64,000 nt of DNA from an uncultured Acidobacteriota bacterium (lineage in GTDB: Bacteria; Acidobacteriota; JAQAZP01): positions 1,696,001-1,760,000 of the forward strand of contig CAWIIB010000009.1 of assembly GCA_963836075.1 (NCBI GenBank), given 5' to 3'. This document shows, in pieces, positions 19,744 through 28,689 of the stretch (position 1 is the first letter of the stretch; the number at the start of each line of letters is the position of its first letter). A model generated the notes under the pieces. It worked only from the letters and a program-made list of their open reading frames with translations. It was not told the origin of the DNA and ran no database searches. A program made the position numbers and the translations under genes.

Positions 19744-20388
19744 ATGGCCTTCAAGTGGAAAACGTGGACGGCCGGTTGGCTGCTCATGATCTGCTGGTTG
19801 ATGCTCCCGGCGGTTCTTGTTGCTGAAGAGGGGACGACCCCTGATGCTGATCTCATGCCAGCAGATATGTCTCCCGACATCACGAAAATGTTTGGTGCGC
19901 CCAATCCTTCCAGTGTCGGCATCGACTTCGCACCGCCTGACGGGAGTCCCCGGCCGGCACCGGTCACTGTCCGGCAGTGGACCATCCGTGACGATGACGC
20001 CGAACCCTGGTGTTTCGAGCTGGCGGCCGGCCCCTGGACCACGGTGCTTCTCGAGGACTTTACAACGGGCCCGCTCACCTCGTATGTGGAACTGAACTAC
20101 AGTGCGCAGTTCAATGTCTCCGGCGGAGCAGGTCCATTCAACGGCATCATGTTCCGGGCGCGTTTGGTGCAGGACGGCGTCGAAGCCTGGTTCCCCGGCG
20201 GTGGTGAGGGGTTCGCCCCCTTCCTCTCCCGACGGGACCTGGGTTCCAGCGGCCAGTTCATGTTCGGCAATTTTGTCGGCATGCTGAATGTGGACTCCGG
20301 TACGGAGACCCGGCTGATCATCGAACTGCGAGCCACTGATCTGGACGGCACGGCCTGTTTCCAGAACATCGTCGTACGCAACGACTAG
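19744..20388 (+). CDS. Secreted hypothetical protein, paralog 1 of 3
   Basis: Signal peptide; shared motifs PAPVTVR, TSYVEL, VQDG, FPG, ACFQN, C-terminal RND. Confidence 0.75.
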   Translation: MAFKWKTWTAGWLLMICWLMLPAVLVAEEGTTPDADLMPADMSPDITKMFGAPNPSSVGIDFAPPDGSPRPAPVTVRQWTIRDDDAEPWCFELAAGPWTTVLLEDFTTGPLTSYVELNYSAQFNVSGGAGPFNGIMFRARLVQDGVEAWFPGGGEGFAPFLSRRDLGSSGQFMFGNFVGMLNVDSGTETRLIIELRATDLDGTACFQNIVVRND

Positions 20389-20428
20389 GGATGCGGCCGG
20401 AATCAGCCGCTTAGCGGAAAGGGGAGGA

Positions 20429-21007
20429 ATGATGGCCACCAGGATCCGGAAGAGGGTTTTCAGCACGCTGCTGCTTGTCAGCTTGCTGTTTCTGCTGCCG
20501 GGCGTGGCAGCCGGGGAACCGGCTTCGCCAGGTCCGGGCCGTGCAATGAGTGTTCCCGATGGTGAAGCGCTGCCGGCACCGGTGACTGTCCGGACCATAC
20601 GCTACCATGATGACGATTCATTGCCTTTCTGCCTTGAATGTCCCGCCGGCTCATGGAGGACTCTTGCCCGGAATACCTTCAGCACAAATCCCACCACCTC
20701 CTACGTGGAACTGGATTGGACGGGACAGTTCACGGTAATCAGCACCAACCCGGCACTGGAGGGCATCCGCTTCCGGGCCGGCCTGGTCCAGGACGGACAG
20801 TCGATGGCTTTCCCCGGGGCCGGCGATGACGGTTTTCCGTTTATGGCGCGGTGCGACTTCTCCGGGCAGGGGCCCCAGTGGTTCGGCGGGTTTCACGGAA
20901 TGCTGCTGGTGGAGCCTGACACCGACACCACCCTGGTGATCCAGGTCTATTCCACTGCGCCGGAAGCCTATGCCTGCTTCCAGAACGTGACCATTCGTTA
21001 CGATTGA
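20429..21007 (+). CDS. Secreted hypothetical protein, paralog 2 of 3
   Basis: Signal peptide (…VAA); PAPVTVR, TSYVEL, VQDG, FPGAGDD, ACFQN, RYD. Confidence 0.75.
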   Translation: MMATRIRKRVFSTLLLVSLLFLLPGVAAGEPASPGPGRAMSVPDGEALPAPVTVRTIRYHDDDSLPFCLECPAGSWRTLARNTFSTNPTTSYVELDWTGQFTVISTNPALEGIRFRAGLVQDGQSMAFPGAGDDGFPFMARCDFSGQGPQWFGGFHGMLLVEPDTDTTLVIQVYSTAPEAYACFQNVTIRYD

Positions 21008-21079
21008 TCAACTTCCGGTCGCCCTCGGGCATCGGGTCACCGCAACCGGTGAAGACTGAAAACGTAAAGGGGGAAGTCG

Positions 21080-21664
21080 ATGACCTCCAGGAGCAGAAAT
21101 CGAATGTTTGCGGGAATGGTCATGGCCGCCGTGCTGCTGTTCCCGGTATGTGTGCCGGCACAGGATGCGGCGGGCACGGATGATGTGTTCTCACTCATCC
21201 CCGAGGCGATCGGCGGAGATCCGATGCCCGCGCCGGTGACCGTCCGTTTCTGGAATTACCGTGACGCGGTTGCCGAGCCGTATTGCGCGGATTTGCCGCC
21301 GGGCACCACGGTGGATCTGTTTACGCAGACCTTTACCACCAATGCCACCACCAGCTATATCGAGATGATCTGGACCGGGCAGTTCACCGTCCCTTCCGGG
21401 GTCACCGAGGACGAGGGGATTTACTTCCAGGTGCAGATGGTCCAGGACGGTGTGCCCGTCTCCTATTTCCCGGGAGCGGGGGATGACTTTCCGCCGCTGA
21501 TGACCCGGCGGGATGACAGTGCCGCAGGTCAGATGATGTTCGGCGGCTACCGGGGCATCATTGCCGCGCAGCCCAACCTGTCCACCACCATCACGGTCAG
21601 GGCGTACTCCACCCAGAAGCCCGGGCTGGCCTGCTACCAGAACCTGAGTCTGCGATACGATTGA
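21080..21664 (+). CDS. Secreted hypothetical protein, paralog 3 of 3
   Basis: Signal peptide (…VPA); PAPVTVR, TSYIEM, VQDG, FPGAGDD, ACYQN, RYD. Confidence 0.75.
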   Translation: MTSRSRNRMFAGMVMAAVLLFPVCVPAQDAAGTDDVFSLIPEAIGGDPMPAPVTVRFWNYRDAVAEPYCADLPPGTTVDLFTQTFTTNATTSYIEMIWTGQFTVPSGVTEDEGIYFQVQMVQDGVPVSYFPGAGDDFPPLMTRRDDSAAGQMMFGGYRGIIAAQPNLSTTITVRAYSTQKPGLACYQNLSLRYD

Positions 21665-22696
21665 TCGTGGTTTCTCATTGCGCTGAAATCGTCTGCCGGG
21701 GCAGCGGGGAAGGAGGCGCCGACGCCCTTCCCCTCCGGCTGCCGGTTGAAGGCGTGAGCCTTGAACTCCTCTCCGCGGCCTTGCGGCCCCTGCATCTCAC
21801 CGCCGGTCCCGGCGGAAGCCGATCGGATCTTCAGCCATCTGTTCCACCATTGCGTGTCCAGCCTCTGCCCGCACCTCTTCCCGGTGGCGGGCCGGCCGGG
21901 CGCGGAGGGCGGGTGCTGCCGCTGATCACCCGCCACCACAGCGGCGACACGCTGAAGCTGGCCGGCGGGTACGCTCCGTCTCCGGCCCGCCGGCGGCGAC
22001 ACCATCTCCTGTTCCCTGGACAGAATGTCGCAACGCCGGGGCACGCTGCCTCTGCTGCTGGAGATGGCGGTGATCCATGCGCTGGCGCTGGAGGGGATCC
22101 CGGTGTTTCACGGGGCGGGGTTCACCTTTGGCGGTGAAGCCGTGCTGGCCCTGGGCCCGAGCGGTGCGGGCAAAACCACCCTGGCGGCCGCTGCGCTCCG
22201 CGCCGGGGGGCAGGTGATCTCCGACGATTCGCTGATCGCACGCCGCCGCCGGTGCGGGGCGCTCGCAGTGCAGCCCTTCCGCCGCGACCTCCAGGTGCGG
22301 CGGGGGAGCCGCCGGCTCTTTCCCCGGGCCATCGCCCCCCTGCTGGAGCCGCTGACCGGCGCCGTGGAGCCGAAGTGGGTCCTGCGGCGTGAGGCGGCTG
22401 CATCCTGCTTCACCGATGATGTATCCTTGAGCCGCATCTGGATCCTTACCCTGGACCGCCGGTTGCGCGGCTGCCGGATCAGCCCGCTCCGCCAGGCAGA
22501 AGTGCTGGTGGCGCTGATCCAGGGCTCGTCACCGCTCTATCTTTCGGACCGCTATCCCCGGGAACGGGCGGCGCTGCTGCCGCTGCTCCGTTCGCTGGTG
22601 GAACAGGTCCCGGCTTACGGGATCCGGCTGGGCAAAGCGCTGCTGGAGGAACCGGTGGCGGAACTGGAGCGACTGCTGGCCTTTCACGGAGCTTGA
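21661..22696 (+). CDS. HPr-kinase-like P-loop kinase (lasso-associated type), frameshift near 21968
   Basis: FHGAG, GPSGAGKTT, ISDD; removing one G from GGG at 21967-21969 joins 21661.. to 22025..22696. Confidence 0.75.
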
Positions 22697-22716
22697 CCCC
22701 GCCGGAGGAGGATCGC

Positions 22717-24390
22717 ATGGCGCCGGCCATTGAAACCAGAGGACTGGGCAAGGTCTACCCCCGGGCGACCAAAGTTGCCGGGATCCCCCTCGGCTTCTCG
22801 GCCCGCGGCGGTGCTCCCGCCCTGGATGGTGTGGACCTGACCCTGGAAGAAGGGTCCATCTTCGCCCTGATGGGTCCCAATGGCGCGGGCAAATCGACCC
22901 TGGTGAAGATCCTCTGCACGCTGGTGCTGCCCAGCACCGGCCAGGCGCGGGTGGCGGGGTTCGAGTTGCAGCGCGAGCGGGAGGTCAAGTCCCGTATCGG
23001 CCTGGTCACACCCAACGAGCGGAGCTTCTTCTGGCGGCTGTCCTGCCGGGAGAACCTGCGGTTCTTTGCCGGCCTGTACGGCATCACTGGTTCCCGCGCC
23101 GAGGCGCGGGTGGCCGAGCTCTCGGATCAGCTCAACCTCGACGACGTCCTGCACAAGCGGTTCGATGCCTGCTCCACCGGTATGAAGCACCGTCTGGCCC
23201 TGGCCCGGGGGCTGATCCACCGGCCGCGGGTCCTTTTTCTCGACGAACCCACCCGGAGCCTCGACCCGCTGGCCGCCAACCGCTTCCGGCAGCTGCTGGC
23301 CCCGCTGGCCCACCATACCGGGCTGACCATTTTCCTGGTGACCCATGATCTGGAGGAGGCGGTGGAGCTGGCCCACCGGGCGGGAGTGATGGTTGACGGG
23401 AAGCTCCGGCTGTTCCAGCGGCCCGAACAGCTGCGGCAGGCCATCGGCGCGGCCAGCAGCGGCGAGGTCTCCTGGGAGTCGTTGCTGGACCATGTCGCTG
23501 CCGGACCGCCGGAGACCGTGGAGCCGCCGGCCCGTCCGGCCGTTCACGGTGAGCGCAGTGATTTTCCGGCTCCCCGGCCGGGGGCCGCCGGGCAGCTGCT
23601 GCTCTTCCTGCGGCGGGATCTGCTGACCCAGCTCAGCTACCGTTTCAACTTCCTGCTGGACATCGGCGGCGTGGCCCTGATCGTCACCGCGTTCTACTAC
23701 CTAGCCCGGCTGTTCGGGGATGGCCGGTCCACACATCTGGCCAGCACTGGCGGCGACTATTTCTCCTTCGTGCTGGTGGGCATCGCCTTTCTCGGTTATC
23801 AGAACGTGTCGCTCCGCACCTATGCCGACGCCATTCGCCGCGGTCAGCTCACCGGCACGCTGGAGCAGATGCTGGCCAGTCCCCTCTCCCTGCCGAAGAT
23901 TCTCCTTTTCTCCGGCCTCTGGCCCATCCTCTTCGGGGCGTCGCGGCTGCTGATCTACTTCCTCGTGGGCGTGCTGGTCTTCAAGGCTGACCTGGGAGCG
24001 GCCAACATCCTCGCTTCGCTGATCATCCTGCTGCTCTCCGTAATGGCGCTCAGCGGGTTCGGTCTGCTCTCCGCCAGCTTCATCATGGTCTTCAAGCGGG
24101 GTGACCCGGTGAACTTTCTTCTCGGCGGCCTTTCGGTGCTGCTGGGTGGGGTCTACTTCCCGGTGTCGGTGCTCCCGGCCTGGCTGGAGACCCTGGCCCG
24201 GTTCTTTCCCCTGCGCTACACCCTGGACGCCATGCGCGGGGCGCTGATTCGCGGGGAGCCGATCTCGGTGCTGGCCTCGGAGGCGCTGGTTCTGCTGCTG
24301 TTCAGCGTGGTGTTGCTGCCGCTGGGACTGTTCTTTTTCCGCCTGGCGGTGCGAATCACCAGACGGGCCGGCAGCCTGGGGCAGTTCTGA
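22717..24390 (+). CDS. ABC exporter, ATPase fused to an ABC-2-type permease
   Basis: Walker A GPNGAGKST, CSTGM signature, FLDEPT, VTH; C-terminal 6-TM region with GTLEQML and GVYFPVSVLPAWL. Confidence 0.88.
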   Translation: MAPAIETRGLGKVYPRATKVAGIPLGFSARGGAPALDGVDLTLEEGSIFALMGPNGAGKSTLVKILCTLVLPSTGQARVAGFELQREREVKSRIGLVTPNERSFFWRLSCRENLRFFAGLYGITGSRAEARVAELSDQLNLDDVLHKRFDACSTGMKHRLALARGLIHRPRVLFLDEPTRSLDPLAANRFRQLLAPLAHHTGLTIFLVTHDLEEAVELAHRAGVMVDGKLRLFQRPEQLRQAIGAASSGEVSWESLLDHVAAGPPETVEPPARPAVHGERSDFPAPRPGAAGQLLLFLRRDLLTQLSYRFNFLLDIGGVALIVTAFYYLARLFGDGRSTHLASTGGDYFSFVLVGIAFLGYQNVSLRTYADAIRRGQLTGTLEQMLASPLSLPKILLFSGLWPILFGASRLLIYFLVGVLVFKADLGAANILASLIILLLSVMALSGFGLLSASFIMVFKRGDPVNFLLGGLSVLLGGVYFPVSVLPAWLETLARFFPLRYTLDAMRGALIRGEPISVLASEALVLLLFSVVLLPLGLFFFRLAVRITRRAGSLGQF

Positions 24391-24429
24391 TGACGGCGGA
24401 ACGGTGCGGCAATGTGTGAAAGGGACGGC

Positions 24430-24861
24430 ATGGTGAGCGAGATCAGCCTGTTTCTCCGGGCCCTGCGACTGGTGCGCCTGGCCCAGCAGGTCAGCGCGGA
24501 GCCGGTGGACCTGGTGGCGCGGCGGATGCTCGAACAGCCGTGGCTGCCGCGCAACCTGTCACCCCCTTCGGCAGCGCGGGCGGCCGGCCGGGCCAGCCGC
24601 TGGTGGTCCCGTCTGACCACCGGGCTGGACAGCTGCCTGACCCGCACGCTGGTCACCGCGGTCCTGCTGGCCGATCGCCCCGGCGTGGTGCTGCATGTGG
24701 GTTTCCGCCCGTCGGAGGGAAGCGGGGCGCCCCACGACGGGCATGCCTGGCTCACCCTGGAGGGCCGGGATCTGCCCGAGGCCTCCACAACTGCCGAGCC
24801 CGGTGAACCATACACCGAACTGCGGACCATCCCGCTGGCCCGTGACGGAGGGGAGGGGTGA
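24430..24861 (+). CDS. Lasso peptide leader peptidase B2 (transglutaminase-like)
   Basis: Catalytic motifs SCLTRTL, VGF, GHAWL. Confidence 0.88.
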   Translation: MVSEISLFLRALRLVRLAQQVSAEPVDLVARRMLEQPWLPRNLSPPSAARAAGRASRWWSRLTTGLDSCLTRTLVTAVLLADRPGVVLHVGFRPSEGSGAPHDGHAWLTLEGRDLPEASTTAEPGEPYTELRTIPLARDGGEG

Positions 24862-25136
24862 TGAGCGTTCTTGGCGAACTGGCCCGGGCCCTCCGCTCGG
24901 ACAGCCTGGCCCGCACCGAACTGGCCGACGGCACCGGTGTGATCCTCCATCTGGATGGTGCGCAGATTTACTCGCTCAACGACACCGGCATGTTCCTCGT
25001 CGGTCGGCTCTGCGCTGGCGAGGAGAACGCCGACCAACTGGTGCGGGCCCTGGCCTCCGCCTTCAACATCGACGAAATCACCGCCCGCCGCGACCTGGAC
25101 CGCTTCGCCACCGAGCTGCATCGCCTGCTCTGCTAA
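24858..25136 (+). CDS. PqqD-family RiPP recognition element (lasso B1)
   Basis: IYSLNDTGMFL...LASAFNIDEITARRDLDRFATEL, typical RRE. Confidence 0.88.
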   Translation: MMSVLGELARALRSDSLARTELADGTGVILHLDGAQIYSLNDTGMFLVGRLCAGEENADQLVRALASAFNIDEITARRDLDRFATELHRLLC

Positions 25137-25137
25137 G

Positions 25138-25294
25138 TGGGGACAGCTACCTGGCTACCCAAGCTATTGATTTCAAACACCGCCAGGAAAGTGGGGACAG
25201 TTACCATTTTCCGATATCAATTAATTGGTGACTGTCCCCGGCTTTTCCAAGTAGTTGAAAGGCAAGTTGATGGCGGGAGAGGTAGCTGTCCCCA
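25138..25294. repeat. Nested palindromic element (REP/MITE-like)
   Basis: Outer IR TGGGGACAGCTACCT (25138-25152) / AGGTAGCTGTCCCCA (25280-25294); inner IR GGGGACAGTTACCA (25193-25206) / TGGTGACTGTCCCC (25226-25239). Confidence 0.7.
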
Positions 25295-25326
25295 TAAAAA
25301 GAGGGGCACCACTTTCGTGATGCCCC
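25295..25326 (-). terminator. Rho-independent terminator of the minus-strand acyl-CoA operon
   Basis: Minus strand GGGGCAUCAC-GAAA-GUGGUGCCCC followed by UCUUUUUA. Confidence 0.8.
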
Positions 25327-25349
25327 CCATGAACAGCGATTCAGCTGAA

Positions 25350-27440
25350 TCAGATTTTCACGGTCTTTTTATACATCCCGCCGATGACGCCGCCGAGGCA
25401 GGCCCTGGTGGTCATGAAGTCGCCGGAGTGGCGGGCCTGGACATCCAGTGCTTCGGCCAGCGGCACCGAGGTGGAACCCTTGATGTTGGCCAGGATCGCT
25501 TCGCGGCCGGCCTCCATCCCCGGGTCACCGGCCGGGCTCAGCTGGGGCACCATGTCGGCCACGCCCTGGAGCGCCCCGTCGGCGAACTCCTGTGGCGGCA
25601 GGCCGCCATCGGTGCCCGAGGCCGTCTTCCAGGCCACGGCGATGGCCTCCTCCAGCGGCCCGGCAAAGTCCACCAACCAGCCCAGGGCCTTGGGTGCCCG
25701 CACCGCCCGCCCTTCCAGGAGGAAGGAGAGCAGCCGCGGCCAGTGTTCCTTGGCCGCCCGGCGGAAGGGCCAGTGGCAGCCCTCCATGCCCGGCACCACC
25801 GGCAGGGTCACTTCCGGCATGCCCACAGAGGCATCGTCCACGGCCACCAGGTGGTGACAGTGCATCAGCAGTTCAAGCATTCCGCCCAGGGCGCGCTTGC
25901 CGTTGACAAAGCCCACCGACACGGCGAACTCGCTGCGCAGCCGGCGGGCGGTTTCGGACCAGCCCTTTGCAATGGCCACGCCCATCTCGGCGTCCTCGAG
26001 GGCGGGGAAGAAGTCGCCGGTGTCGGCGCCGGTGAGCTGGGTGGTGAGGTGGAAGTCGCCGGTGACGATCACCCGCTCGATCCCCTCGCTCTTCAGCCAG
26101 TCGATGGCGCGGCTCATCTCGGCATTGACGTCGCTATTGTATGCCTCGCGGCCGATGCTGATCACGCCCACCGTGCCGTCGTGCTCGGCATTGACGTAGA
26201 GCTGCTGCCACTCGGGCGAACCGATGGCGTCAAAGGCCTCGGGGTGCCAGGCGCCGCCCGCCGCCTCGGGGTGCAGCTGGTGATACTGCTCGACGAGAGC
26301 CCGGGATGCGTCGGCGCCGCGGGCCCGGATCACCGCCGGCAGGCCGCGGGTGAACTGGGCACAGAGCTCGCCGATGGCGTTCATGGTGGCCAGGTGCGAC
26401 CGTTTCTCGTGGACCATCAGGCTGGTCATCTGGAACATCGGTCCCAAGAGGCGGGTCTCGAACTCCTGGTTCTCCTCATCGCTCAGCGCCCAGTCCACCA
26501 GCGGGCGGAAGTGGTTCAGCGGGTACCAGTTCTGTCCGCTGATCCGCTTCTCGTTCAAAACGTCGCTGGGGGTGAACAGGTCGCCGTAGTGCTGGCTCAG
26601 GTGGTGCAGGCAGCTCCAGGTGAGGAAGTTGGCCCCGGCGGCACCGATGGCGTCGTGGGCCCGGAAGGGGTTGGGGCCGATGAGACGGCGGACGAACTTG
26701 TCGATCTTCCAGTAGGGCATGTTGCTCGCCTCGTGGTAGCGCGAGGCGGCCAGGGTCAGCCCGCAGAAGAAGACGTCGAGCACGAAGGCCCAGTCGTCGC
26801 TGACCATCATCGGGATCAGGCCCAGGGCCCAGAGCAGCTGGGTTACCGACGAGGGCTCGTTCTCCACGATCTCGTAGATCTTGTTGATCTCGTGGGGGAA
26901 GGCCGGGTGGGCGATGCCCACGCCCAGCTGCGACTGGGGAAAGCCCGAGGTGACCGAGCGGATTTCGATCCCGGGAAACGTTTTGGTGAAGATGTCGAAG
27001 TGCGCCTTCTTGATCTCGAGGATTTCGGGGATCGCTTCCAGCAGGAAGCGCGGATTGAAGTCCTTGAGGCGTGGGGGCAGGCTCTTGCCGTCGTAGGAGA
27101 ACTGCACCACGTTGGACATCACATTGGCTGCGCCATCCGCGCCGAAGGCGCGCACCAGGCCTGGGTACTGCTGGCCGATGCCGTCGGGCACGCCGGGGAA
27201 GTCGAGGGCCACGATGGGGATGCCAAAGGGCTCGAGACGGGAGCCCAGCTGCATCACCTTGCCGGCGCCGACGATGCCGTTGGCCCCGGAGACCACCAGG
27301 GCCCCCCGCCGGCCGGCCGGGCCGAAGACCTTGTCCACCAGTTCGCCGGTGTTGGCCGGCAGCTTGCCGCTGGCAAAGATGTCGATCACGTTTCCCAGGC
27401 CGAGGGTGCTGAGCGTTGAAGGCCTCATTGCGTTCTTCAT
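25350..27440 (-). CDS. 3-hydroxyacyl-CoA dehydrogenase / enoyl-CoA hydratase fusion (HAD-ECH order)
   Basis: N-terminal Rossmann-like SGANGIVGAG and LEAIPEILEIKK; C-terminal crotonase GADT, ALGGMLEL, GMPEVTL. Confidence 0.8.
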   Translation of the reverse strand: MKNAMRPSTLSTLGLGNVIDIFASGKLPANTGELVDKVFGPAGRRGALVVSGANGIVGAGKVMQLGSRLEPFGIPIVALDFPGVPDGIGQQYPGLVRAFGADGAANVMSNVVQFSYDGKSLPPRLKDFNPRFLLEAIPEILEIKKAHFDIFTKTFPGIEIRSVTSGFPQSQLGVGIAHPAFPHEINKIYEIVENEPSSVTQLLWALGLIPMMVSDDWAFVLDVFFCGLTLAASRYHEASNMPYWKIDKFVRRLIGPNPFRAHDAIGAAGANFLTWSCLHHLSQHYGDLFTPSDVLNEKRISGQNWYPLNHFRPLVDWALSDEENQEFETRLLGPMFQMTSLMVHEKRSHLATMNAIGELCAQFTRGLPAVIRARGADASRALVEQYHQLHPEAAGGAWHPEAFDAIGSPEWQQLYVNAEHDGTVGVISIGREAYNSDVNAEMSRAIDWLKSEGIERVIVTGDFHLTTQLTGADTGDFFPALEDAEMGVAIAKGWSETARRLRSEFAVSVGFVNGKRALGGMLELLMHCHHLVAVDDASVGMPEVTLPVVPGMEGCHWPFRRAAKEHWPRLLSFLLEGRAVRAPKALGWLVDFAGPLEEAIAVAWKTASGTDGGLPPQEFADGALQGVADMVPQLSPAGDPGMEAGREAILANIKGSTSVPLAEALDVQARHSGDFMTTRACLGGVIGGMYKKTVKI

Positions 27441-27455
27441 GGTCTGACCTCCTCC

Positions 27456-28652
27456 TCAGGAAACCTGGAAAATGGCTGCGATACCCACGTCGCCGGCGGC
27501 GCAACCGTAGATCAGCACGTAGCCGCCGCCGAGGTCCACCGCCTCTTCCAGCGCCTCGATCAGGGTGCGGGTGAGGGTGGGCCCCTGTGGGTGCCCGTAG
27601 ACCAGCGAGCAGCCGTTGTTGTTCATGTTGGTCCAGTCGCAGTCGATGATCCGGGCAAAGATGGCGTCATTGACTGCGAAGGGGTTGTGGCTCTTGACCA
27701 CCGCCATGTCCTCGAACTTCAGCCCCACGCGGTCGAACAGCTTCTTCACCGCCAGCCCCGGCGCTTCGGGCATCAGGCCGGCTACGGTCCTCAGCTCGAT
27801 CTTGGCCACCAGCCCGATCTTCACCTCGGGCTTGGGGCTCAGTTCGCGGGCTTTCTCCTCGGTGGTCATCAGCAGGCAGGCCATGCCGTCGCCGGCGTGG
27901 GTCTGGCTGCCGCCGGTGACACAGGTGTCCAACTCGCGCTGGGCGGCCAGCGAACCGGCGGAGATGCGCCGCACGCCCACATCCGAGTCGACACGGCCGA
28001 GGAAACGGCCCTGGATGTTGAGCACGTCCAGCGGCACCAGGTAGCGGTCGTGGAAGCCGGAGTCCTTCCCCTCGAAATACTGCTCGTAGCGGCGCAGGGT
28101 GATCTCGTTGACCTCCTTCAGCTCGATCTTGTATTTGCGGGCAGCGGTGCCGGCGGTGGCGATCATCGCCCCGCCGGTGGCCGGGTCGAAACCGAAGTTG
28201 TCCCAGACGTCGGCCAGGGCCATGGTCCGCTCGTAGGCCCGCCGTTCGGGGAAGACGCCCACCGGCGAGTCGCTGGCCCGGTCAAAGGTCAGCACGCCCA
28301 CGGTGTCGTAGGCCCCGCCCTCGATCTCGGCGGCGGCGAGGACCACCGACTGCAGGCCGGTGGCGCAGGCCTGCTCCATGTGGAAGCCGGGCACCCGGTG
28401 GCCCATGCAGGAGGAGACCAGCGGTGCGGTCCAGAACTTCCAGTGCCAGGGGATGGTGGAGCCGATCACCAGGTAGTCGAGGGTCGATGCCGGCACCTTG
28501 CGCAGGCCGAGGATGCGGTTCATCGCCTCGCCGGCGAACTGGCCGATGTTCACCTCGGCCAGCGCCGAGGTCTGCCAGGCGGGGAAGTAGCTGCTGCCCC
28601 ACGTGCCGTAGGGAATCCGCGCCCGGGGGAAGAGGGTGATGTCAGTCTTCAT
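27456..28652 (-). CDS. Thiolase family protein
   Basis: EQACATG (catalytic Cys), HNPFAVND, GHPQGPT, GCAAGD. Confidence 0.88.
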   Translation of the reverse strand: MKTDITLFPRARIPYGTWGSSYFPAWQTSALAEVNIGQFAGEAMNRILGLRKVPASTLDYLVIGSTIPWHWKFWTAPLVSSCMGHRVPGFHMEQACATGLQSVVLAAAEIEGGAYDTVGVLTFDRASDSPVGVFPERRAYERTMALADVWDNFGFDPATGGAMIATAGTAARKYKIELKEVNEITLRRYEQYFEGKDSGFHDRYLVPLDVLNIQGRFLGRVDSDVGVRRISAGSLAAQRELDTCVTGGSQTHAGDGMACLLMTTEEKARELSPKPEVKIGLVAKIELRTVAGLMPEAPGLAVKKLFDRVGLKFEDMAVVKSHNPFAVNDAIFARIIDCDWTNMNNNGCSLVYGHPQGPTLTRTLIEALEEAVDLGGGYVLIYGCAAGDVGIAAIFQVS

Positions 28653-28689
28653 GAAAACCTCCGGAAATCACTGCTGAATATCCCGCCCC

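Noticed and set aside
19955-19975. PAPVTVR in the secreted trio as a mimic of the leader motif PPVVKV
   Set aside because: Short low-complexity similarity, lacks the key Tyr, and the proteins are exported away from the cytoplasmic RRE
25137-27419. 760-aa plus-strand ORF after the RRE gene
   Set aside because: Antisense to the HAD/ECH gene and runs through the palindrome and terminator
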